Below are positions 53,854-64,000 of a stretch of 64,000 nucleotides of DNA, piece by piece (the stretch's first letter is position 1; every line of letters begins with the position of its first letter). A program made the position numbers and the translations under genes. Location of the stretch: assembly GCA_012295275.1 (NCBI GenBank), contig CM022679.1:23932001-23996000 (forward strand), read 5' to 3'. The stretch is from Chrysomallon squamiferum (taxonomy: Eukaryota; Animalia; Mollusca). The notes under the pieces are model-generated. The model was not told the origin of the DNA. It saw only the letters and a program-made list of their open reading frames with translations, and searched no databases.

Positions 53854-56021
53854 CTGATATATAATTACTATCATATTTAAACGGTATTGCAAAGTATATT
53901 TATTTTTATAAAGCATTTAACCTAAATAAATAAACCATACATGTGTAACAGGTCTTTATATACGAATTTAAACGATAGCGACTGTACTGAAAAGCTTTGT
54001 TTATTAGCGGCTCCTGACAACAGTAACCAACGATTCGGAGAAACGAAACACAGAAAAATATTACCGCTATTTTATAACATGATCATGCATTGCGACTGTA
54101 ATTAAATCTTTAAATACAATTATTTTTAATACCAAATTAAGAAATTTTAACATATAAAAAATGTTTTGCATATAATATATATATATATATATGGCTTAGT
54201 TGTTTGTGCGTGGGATTTGTTGTGTTTTTGGGGGGGGGTTTTAAGAATATCTTTTCACATATTTTATCTGTGTATTATGGCTTAGTTGTTCATGCGTGCG
54301 TATGTTGTTGTTTTGTTTTTTTTAGAACATCTTTTCACAAACTTTGTAAGTTATTTATTTTGCTTGGTCTGTAAATATTTGTTTTTGGGGAGGGTGCAGA
54401 CTGAGTTGACCTTCCTGATTGTTGTGCATGATTCGTGGAATTAATAATACTTCATTGTGAGTAGTTAAGTTTTCTATGTTTACTTTGATACAAAAAATCA
54501 GAAATATAATTTTACAATTTCGTTGCATCATTTCTCACTAAACAGCATACGAACGTGATGCTGTATACTTTAATGCGCACGTATATAGGATACTTAACCT
54601 ATTAACCTAGTATTGTGAGGTATGAAATAAAAAAAATGAAATAACACTCCCGGGTGTATGTAATCTGTTAAATTATTATAATTAAATGAAAAATTGTACA
54701 AAATTAAAAATTAAAAACAATAAAAGCAAACAAACAAACAAGCAAATAAATAAATAAATACATAAACAAAAATATTAAATAATATACGTTCTTCTGAACA
54801 CGTAGCAGTTCCCAGGAATCACCACTACTGTTTTACATGAATAACAGCTCTTTGTATACGTATTTCTCCGGGAAAACGATAACAAGGTAAAAATTGTGCT
54901 GAATCATTTTATTTGTCATTTAAGATAACTACTCCGAGGTATGAAAGAGACAAACACAACAAGGTGACCATTTAATATTTTGAAAAAACACTGAACCTGC
55001 ATAATTAACTCATGTAACAATGTCCATGAACTGTTGGAAGATCGGCGTACAGTTAACGTATACAGTATTACAAATACATAAGTTTTCTTTTGGTTAGAAT
55101 TAATGTTTATGTCAAATAAATTGAAATATAATAAACATAACTGATTTCAAAAGAACAGAAAATTTGTCAAGAAGAACTAATAAGAAACTATACAGCAATC
55201 GCTTAATGTTTTGCAATATATATTTTTATAAATCTTCTTTCACTTTGAGACAGCTTATCAATATTGTTTAATCACAATATCTTAGTTTTTATATATATAT
55301 ATTTTAATTTTATTTTTTCATCATATATATATATTTTTTGTTTAGTTAATGAGTCTGTTGAGATTATGAATTACTACATGTACCAACGTTATTTTGAAGT
55401 CACTTATATCAGAGAATCAATAACAGATCACATGTGGTTTGCAATGGAAAATACAAAGAAGTCACGTATAGAAACATTTTAATATTTCCAAATAATAGGG
55501 ATAAGTGAGCAATAACAATAAACTAATTTAACATATAAGTATATTAACAAACTACTTTAAAATGATAAAGGAATAAATAAATAAAATTACTAAGCCTGAA
55601 GTTAACAAATAGGATGAAATTTAAAAAAAAAAATAATAATAATAATAAAAATTAAAACAAAAATAATAATTTAGTAAATATAAAATATGTAGAGAAAAAA
55701 GCTAAACTGATATACACAACAATTCATGATAAATCAAATATGCAACCTACCTCAGTAATGTAAACTAATAGTAAATAAAACTATACTTCCATATGTCTGA
55801 TGAATAAAATACACGAATGATTTCTAAACTAGTGAAAGAAACTATTTGATGACAATATAATAACATAAAGGAAATTAAAAAGTGTGGTGATAAGCACTCG
55901 AGATTGAAGGACGCTTTAATAGTTTAAAACGTATTATAATGAATATTATTTTCACATTTTGACACTTTGGCCATAAGATTGGCTATGTATATTATGAAGT
56001 TAAGTTCTTTTTTCACATTTG

Positions 56022-56056
<35 letters not shown>

Positions 56057-56169
56057 TTAGTTTCCTCCGTTTGTTAACTTCAAGAGTAGTAATTTTAAAT
56101 ATTTACTCCTTTGTCACATTAAAGTTGTTTGTTTATATATTAAATTGGTTTATTGTTCTTGGTGACTTA

Positions 56170-56400
56170 TCCCTATTATTTGGAAATAACTGATCAACAG
56201 CTGATGAGAGGGAGTTTCCTAAAGCTGAGGTCAAGGGGTGTCACTTCCATTATTGAGGAGGAAGGTGCAGGACCTGGGTCTTGCACTGCGGTACTCCCAT
56301 CCAACTGTGGATCCGCAGGGCTGCCGGACCAGCTCTACTACCACAAGACAAAATTCAGGACGCATGGATTGAAACTATGGACTCGACACCAAATTTTCCT
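56170..56400 (+). mobile_element. MULE (Mutator-like) transposase relic
   Basis: Across frameshifts: LEIT...FPKAEVKGCHFHY* / RKVQDLGLALRY / QLWIRRAAGPALLPQDKIQDAWIETM, matching the animal MULE motif FP...KGCxFH...RKVQ.LGL...Y...RR..AL.LLP. Confidence 0.75.
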
Positions 56401-56717
56401 CATGTCCAAGAGTTCACATGAAAAAGAATTTCTTAAACTAAGATTCTGCTGGATTATCTGGGCAATATGACAGATAGTAATAAAAAGCTGTCAGATTCTT
56501 ATTAGCACCTTCATTGATTTCCTTCGAAATACAGTTAGAGGATTTATTCTTATCAACAGCTGAGAAGTATTTGTAGCACCCCTAAAAGGATTCTCAAACC
56601 AAATGTAGCGGATTCGATATAATGTACATTTATAAAATCGATATCATGGAGGTCAGGTCATTAATTTGTTTTAATCATTAATTTTATTCATTCCTCAGTA
56701 ATCCATATTCCATTTAC

Positions 56718-56769
<52 letters not shown>

Positions 56770-56869
56770 AAAACCGGTAGTCAGAAACATTAACGCAGTA
56801 TCAGTTAACCATAAAATACTGTATATATGCAAAAAACTTTTTATATGTGAAAATATATAATATATAACT

Positions 56870-58891
56870 AAAAACAATTATATTTAAATATCTAAATATA
56901 GTTGCAATGCATAATCATGTAATAAAATAGCGTAATGTTTTTTTCTCTTTCGTATCTCCGAGTCGTTGGTTACTGTTGTCAGGAGCAACTAACAAACAAA
57001 GCTTTTCAGTACAATTGCTATCGTTTATTTCCTAGAGAAATACGTATATAAATACCTCTTACACATGTAGTATGAATTTAACACAGTAGCTTTGATTCTT
57101 CGGGAACTTCTAGTGTTTAGAAGAATATATATATAAATGAATATACGATACACTTGAAATTGTTTTCAAGGTTCATTTATAAATGCTTTATCAAAATATA
57201 TATATTTTGCTATACCGTTTAAACATAATAGTAATTATTAATAGTAATTATTATATCAAATTTATTATTATTATTATTATTATTATTAAAATTATTTTAA
57301 GTTTATTCTTATTCCCTGTGTTCTCTTCATCCTATTTAACAGATCTGAATAAGTTAATATCCTTTATATTACGTGTAAAAATTATTTTAAGTTTAATATA
57401 AAAAAAAAAAAAAAAAAAAAAAATTTTGTTTCTTTGTTTGATTGTTGTTGTTTTTTTTGTATTTATTTATTTCTGAGAAGTCCTCACTGTGCTGTAACTA
57501 CTTAAAATGATCATTGTTACCTGCTATTTATGTACAAGATCACCTTGTTGTGTTTGTCTCTTTCATATCTCGGGGTAGTGTCAGAAAGGACAAATAAACA
57601 AAATGACTCAACACAGTTTTGACTACGTTTTATTTTTTCCCGGAGAACTACGTAAACAAAGAGCTTTTACTCATGTAAAACAGTGGTAGTGATTCCCGAG
57701 AATTGCTACTTGTTTAGAACAACTTATATGTGACACATAATAATTACATGACATTAAATGCTTTATCAAAATGTGTAAATGTTGTTGTATTCTTCTAAGT
57801 TGAGAATGATTTAAAATTTTATTTATTTATTTATTTATTTATTTGTTGTTCTTGTTGTGGCTCTTCTTATTATTGTTGTTGTTACAGTTATTATTATTAT
57901 TATTATTATCATTATTATAATCATTATTATTATCATCATCATCATCATCTTCATTATTGCTATTATTATTTATTATTATTATTATTATTATTAAGGGATT
58001 TTTTTGAAATTATTTTAAATTTGTTGTTCTTCCTTTTGTTTTAGTTAATTACATAGCTTAACAGAGTATCCTTTATATTACATGCAGAAAATAGAATAAT
58101 GCTAAATATGCATTTGTCTCTCGTTTGTTTTCCTTCTAAAAAAATTTTTTAATAAAATATATACAAAATATAAAAATGAAACTTTATTTATACCGTAGTC
58201 TTCAAAGTTATAAATTATTTTCATGTTTTATTTAATACTTTTATTTATTTATTTAATAATTTATTTATTCATTCATTTACTAATGTTTTTGCTGTTGCTA
58301 TTATTGCTCATCCTTATTATTGTGGTTGTGTTATCTTCATTATTATCATCATCATTTTATTTAATAGTAGTAGTATTGTTTTTTTTTTCTGTTGTTATTT
58401 TTTTTTTTATATCATGTTCTAAAGAAGTATAATGTTTCTTTCAGGTCGGAAAGGTGTTTATAAATACTGTGGAAGAACTGAAAATATCTTAGAGAAACAT
58501 TAATTATTCGTAAAAAACTTCCAAACTGTATTAATTTTATTTATTTTATTTGATTTTATTAAAGTTTTATCCAGATGCTCTTTCTAGCAATGTGAACACT
58601 GATTAACTTTTAGTAAATTTACCAACGCCAACTGAACAAACAAAGATAATAAAATTGTTAGAAAACAATCTTCGGATTTATATGTTAACAATTTCTTGAT
58701 TGCATGGGTTGAATTATTAGTTCTGGTATTATTACAATCATATATCATTTAATATTACACAGAAATATGAGCCTAACGCATAAAGAAACATTAATACACA
58801 TCTAAATTATATATAACTAAAAGTTATTTCTTTCTCTGTGCTGTTTCTGGTGAATCTTTTTGTATTTTTTATTATATATATATATATATTA

Positions 58892-58945
<54 letters not shown>

Positions 58946-59900
58946 TTTTTTTTTTTTTGTCGAGCTGGAATGTATTTCCAAAACAATACACTTATCACAT
59001 TATATTATTATTATTATTTTGTTGTTGTTGTTGTTGTTGTTGTTACTGAAAGCTACCAACTATTCACTGTGTGATAACAGATCAGTTACACCATGGAATA
59101 TTATTTCATTTTGTTTATTTCATACCTCACAATTTCAGGTTATTGTCCTATACACATCCGCAATAAAGAATACAGTATCACGTTCGTATATTGTTTAATG
59201 AGAAATCTATCTAAATTACTTTGCTTGTAGAATCAGCCTGTTTTCCACGATTTGTCAGTTATTCAATTGCTCCTTCCAACGAAGCTTTTCGTCGCGGAAA
59301 GAGCAAGCGCTCACTGTAACCAGTCAAACGACAATTCAATACATGTTGTACACAGTCAAATTCAGAGACAAAGCGTCAACATTTTAAAATCATATACATC
59401 ATAATACATGCTTTTTAAACTACTACAATGTCATTCAGTCGAGTCTTTAGCATCTGATGTTTTTATTATTTTATGTTATTATGATATTTTCATTAAATAG
59501 TTTCTATCAGTAGTTTAAAAAACATTTTCATATTATTTATTTTTGTATCGGACATAAACCGTGTAAGATCAAGGTTCACGCAACGGGGCAATGTGGGACT
59601 ATACTCGCCCAATTGTGCTAAACATTGCCTTACTTGTTTGCTTGCTTGCTTGTTTTTGTTTTCTTCATTTTTAGAGGCTAGGAGGAGTTCAAGACTTTGT
59701 AATTCACTCCAGCTTCTGCTGCATAATAAATAAATTCAACCATGAATAATTTATACATATACAAAAGACCGGTGAACTATGCTATATTGGGGAAAAAAAG
59801 TATATCTTGACTATAACAATATGGTTGTATCGGAATCAACATCGGATTCACATATGGGCTGACCGAGCTGCAGTTCAGATAATCATAATATTTTGCAACG
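56870..59900 (-). repeat. Inverted copy of the modular repeat
   Basis: Its reverse complement reproduces the block order seen at 40.1-45.4 kb, ending in the same ...attacat...atgcattgcaacta terminal block. Confidence 0.85.
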
Positions 59901-60515
59901 ATCTGTTGTTCTACATCTGTTTTGAGACTTAAAAAAAAAAAAAAAAAAAAAAATAAAAATTAAGTAATATGAAACTTTTTAAACAAACATTCGTTTGTGA
60001 AGCCAACCAGTTTTTCCTTCTCATAATCTTGTTAGCTGTCATCTACTATTCATCGAAAATGCGAACATAATTTAGTACAGAGAGAGACAGAAAAATGTCA
60101 CCTTATATTTTATCTTTGTTTTATGGCTTAATACTTTTTGTTGTTGTTGTTTTTTTAAATAATATATTTTCATAAACTTTGTAAATTATTTATATGCTTG
60201 TCTGTAAATAATCTTTTTTTTTTTTTTTTTTGAGGGAGGACCTGAGTTTGACCTTTCTGAGTGTTGTGGAATTAATCACATTTTAATATATGTAGTGTAT
60301 TTACTGTATTTACCTTCATATACAAAGCAGAAATATAGTTTTACTACAGAGATATTTCGTTACCTCATTTCTCCCTAAACGATACACGAACGTGACACTG
60401 TATGCATTAATGCGCATGTGTGTAGGACAGTTAACCTAGTATGAAATAAACACAATGAAACAACACTTGCGGGTGTATGTTATCTGTTATTACTCAGGGA
60501 ATAGTTGTTACAATT

Positions 60516-60559
<44 letters not shown>

Positions 60560-61942
60560 TAATGAATCATATGCGTTCTCTGTTGACAGAACGTTTTAGA
60601 AATCCAGTTTAGCACGAAAAAAAAAAAAAAAAAAAAAAAAAATCAAAAAGAATCAACAACAAACAAATATAAATAGATAAATAAACCAGGAACAGTACAC
60701 AGAAAGAAATAACTTTCAGCAATGTATAATTTACATATATATATCGAAGAAAATTCAGTGTCCGGAACAACTGTAATTTATCTACTCATCATATCTTGCC
60801 ACTACGTACATACACATACAGACATTTTAAAAATCTTAATAAAATAAAATAAAACTAAACACCCATGAAATATCATATAATATAAAAAAAATGTTATAAA
60901 ATAAAAATTAAAACTAAGTAACTAAGTAATTAACTAAATAAATCAATAAATCAATACAGGTTCGAAGAATTTTAGAAATAATTAAGTCTAAAGTATAAAA
61001 AAATTTTAATGCTCATTATTACCGATATGTTAATGTTTTAATAGCATACCTTTTTAAAAATCTTTTAAAAATTTTTAAAAGCTTTGTTTTAACAGTTCTG
61101 GAAATAATAGTTCATTTTAAGTAAATAACAGATAAATGCAGACCTTGTATAAAATAAATGAATGAATGAATGAATAAATAAATAAATAAATAAGTCTTTA
61201 AAAATAAAAATCTAAATCAGTCTTGAAAGTTATCAAAAGAACAGACATCATATTCATATTTACATGGCCTGTTTATCTTTTGCCCGGCGTTTCAGAAAAA
61301 TTAAAACAGAATGCATCAAAATAATTCTTTTTTTTTTTTTTTTATTATAGCCAAGTTATTTTGACTTTTAACATTAAAAAATAAAAAATTTTTTGATAAA
61401 TAAAATACAAAAATGCTTTCTAAACTAATGAAATGGACTAACTATTTGATGAAAATATAATAACTTAATGAAAATTAAAAACTCTGATGATAAGCACTCA
61501 AGACTGAATGGCACTTTGATAGTTTAAAAGCATATATTTTACAAATGAACATTATTTTCAAATGTTGACACTTTGTCTTTGAGTTTGACTATGTACATTA
61601 TAAAGTGAAGTTGGCATTTGATAGCTACTTTGAGCTGTTTGTGCTTCTGGAATTTAAAAAAAAAAAAAAATATTTATTATTTCTTAAGTCACTTTTTTCT
61701 TCAACTTCCTTAAATACATTTTGTTGTATGTTCTTAAATATTTTTGTCAAGAGTTTGCCACCCTGATTGTACACACGATTCATGAATCAATAATTTACCA
61801 ATACTGCATTTACTGCATTTACCTTCATACACAAAGTAGAACGTGATACCGTATACCTGAATGCGCATGTCAACCTGACATTGTGAAATAACATTCGCGG
61901 GCAAATGTGAATATGTTGCCACACGGTGAATAGCTGATGACA

Positions 61943-62001
<59 letters not shown>

Positions 62002-62457
62002 GAGAAAAAAGGTATAGAAGAAATAACAAATTTTGTGTTGCCAATTAAATTAAGTAATGTTCATTAATAACTATCCAAACGATCAAAACACAGTCAGGGA
62101 TCAAAAACATCACTTCTGTTTATAATAAATGTAAAACTCCCTTCTGAATGAAAAAAGGTATAGGATAATTAACCTGGCATTCTGAAATAATATTCGCGGG
62201 TAAATGTGAATATGTTCTTCGTGAATAGTTGATAGCACTGAATAATAATAATAATAATAATAATAACAATAATAATAATATGAACAGCAATAATAATAAC
62301 ATCAAGAATAAATAAATAAATATGAGGGAGGGATTTATATAGATATTATTTTGTATAATGTAAAAAATATTCTGTCAAGCTTACTTATTAAAATCTGCTA
62401 CAAATGAAGAAAACAAATAGAATGACAAAATATTAAAATATTTTTTAAAAATCCCGT

Positions 62458-62503
<46 letters not shown>

Positions 62504-62610
62504 TTAATAATAATAAATTTAACAATAATTAATACCTGAATGTCTGAAGGGTATCAATATACTTATACTTAACGTATATAAATATGCTAAAAAGTATGTT
62601 TTAATTATAT

Positions 62611-62740
62611 TCATTGTCGGATCTTCGTTGTTATAAACACGTAGAAGTTCCCGAGAAATCATTACTGTATTAAATTCATTGTCGGATCTTCGTTGTTATA
62701 AACACGTAGAAGTTCCCGAGAAATCATTACTGTATTAAAT
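62611..62740 (+). repeat. Perfect 65-bp tandem duplication
   Basis: tcattgtcggatcttcgttgttataaacacgtagaagttcccgagaaatcattactgtattaaat occurs twice in a row. Confidence 0.9.
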
Positions 62741-62841
62741 TCACAGTACATGTGTACGAAGTCTTTGTACGTAGATTTTCCCGGGAAATCTGTGATAGCA
62801 GTTACGCTGGATAGGTTTGTTTATTAGCAACGACTCCAAGT

Positions 62842-62848
62842 TATAAAA
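62842..62848 (+). promoter_or_regulatory. Candidate TATA box (TATAAAA) of the actinoporin-like gene
   Basis: Lies about 120 nt upstream of the ATG, ahead of a purine-rich leader. Weak evidence in AT-rich DNA. Confidence 0.3.
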
Positions 62849-62963
62849 AGAGGCAAGATCTTTTATTTTATTACACGATTGCTGCATACAATATCAGACA
62901 GTGTTAACGAACCAGCCGAAGATCGAGAGAAAAGAAGGAATCAAGTAAAGAACTGAAGGAAAG

Positions 62964-63064
62964 ATGGATGTTTTTAAAGCAGCCGGGAAGGGTTTAGCAA
63001 ACATAGCTGCTGCGCCTGTGTCAGCTATGGCATCAGCTGTTACTGAAGTGTTAGTATTATTTTG

Positions 63065-63114
<50 letters not shown>

Positions 63115-63877
63115 ATTAATGTTTATAATAACCAAAACATTTAAAATTGGCTTCTTTACTTTGTATAATGAATTCAGAATTGGTTAATTATGTCTTAGCT
63201 AAATAGGAAAAATTACTTTGCATAATAAAATCAGTTATAAAATTAATACTCTGTTATAGGCCTACATATTATTAATCTCAGAATATTGTGATGTTACTTA
63301 ACAGTTAAAATAACAATTAAAGAAAAAAACGAGAAGAAAAAAATCCCATCTTAATGAGGGATATTTTATTTTTTTATTTTTTTAAATTTGTTTTTGATTT
63401 TAAAACAGCGGGACGAAAGTTGCTGAATATTTTGAGGGAACTACTAATTTCTCCGAAAGAACTCGATCTCTGGAAATTGAGGTTATTAATCAAACTAACA
63501 GCGTTCTCCATTTAAAATCAAGTCATTTTGCAGACGGAGAATGGTTTACTAATTGTGATCTCCAAGACATCAAACCCGGTCAGAACGGCTTTGGACGTGC
63601 CGCAAATCGTCAAGGTAACCCCGAGGGTGTGAAAGGTGGCGTCGAATTTAAAATAGGAAGCACTGGGATGAACTTTTACATTGGGTTTGAGAATCCTCTT
63701 ACCGGTGACTATAAGTCTTTCATTGCTGTTAATGGGAAGGAATCAGCAAAGTGGGCTTGTGAGAAAAACAGTCAAGGTAGTACTAAGAATAAAGAAGCTG
63801 AGGGTTACCGTCTGTCATGTTGTACAGAAAATCCATCAGAATCAGAGTTTAAAAAATTCGTTTTCACTATTGAAAAG
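62964..63877 (+). CDS. Actinoporin/aegerolysin-like (pore-forming toxin fold) protein of at least 185 aa. Exons 62964-63049 and 63409-63877; the 3' end is probably beyond the window, or a read-through stop at 63916
   Basis: A phase-2 GT-AG intron joins MDVFKAAGKGLANIAAAPVSAMASAVTEV to GTKVAEYFEG...RSLEIEVINQTNSVLHLKSSHFADGEWF...IKPGQNGFGRAANRQGNPEGVKGGVEFKIGSTGMNFYIGFENPLTGDYK...FVFTIEK|gtcagt. The pattern R.l.i.v.N.T...L......G.W....I.PG...G..G.v.F......f.i.f.NP..G is typical of the actinoporin/aegerolysin/Cry34 beta-sandwich. The gene structure is strong; the family call is by eye. Confidence 0.75.
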
Positions 63878-64000
63878 GTCAGTTTAATATGCTTTACTGC
63901 CCATATATATATATAATCACGTATTTTAAACATTGTGCTTAGTTATATACATACACCTCAAATACCAAAACAGGCATCTTGAATTAAGACAGTACGTTTC

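Larger units (their letters stand above)
40090..62890. repeat. Patchwork of a modular multi-kb repeat (several direct copies, one inverted)
   Basis: Recurrent blocks: ctggaggctgag...tgtgaatccgatgttgattcc (~40130, ~51842, rc ~59830); caagcttcgc...ggaaacaggttga (~42992, ~52385, rc ~59233); cgaacgtgat...ttaacctagtat (~43274, ~54550, ~60387, rc ~59170); tataatttacat...cgaag.aaattcagt (~42434, ~43775, ~47695, ~60725); gttgttctgaacaag.agcag (many copies). Confidence 0.9.

Noticed and set aside
62964-63049. N-terminus MDVFK...KGL resembles synucleins (MDVFMKGL)
   Set aside because: No KTKEGV repeats, and the rest of the protein is a beta-sandwich-like domain; likely a coincidence of amphipathic helices.

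Overview
Very AT-rich, microsatellite-dense animal genomic DNA with spliceosomal introns. The composition is suggestive of a mollusc, probably a coleoid cephalopod, but this is inference. Most of the supplied ORF track is microsatellite noise, so genes were rebuilt by hand from splice sites and reading phase. (1) Minus strand, 12-5826: the 5' part of an inactive rhomboid (iRhom/RHBDF) gene, continuing off the left edge. (2) Plus strand, head-to-head with it: a 3-exon, 150-aa, 10-Cys Ly6/uPAR three-finger gene of the crooked/quiver type (7626-31779), followed by a compact 144-aa tandem paralogue (36327-38001). (3) About 40-63 kb: a ~23-kb patchwork of a modular repeat in direct and inverted copies, with six decayed, still intron-separated exons of the spliceosomal gene PRPF31 and a MULE transposase relic embedded in it. 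(4) Right edge: a spliced gene (62964 onward) encoding a leaderless protein with an N-terminal amphipathic helix and an actinoporin/aegerolysin-like beta-sandwich, whose putative promoter lies inside the last copy of the repeat. Degraded LINE, piggyBac and SINE-like relics lie in introns and between genes.
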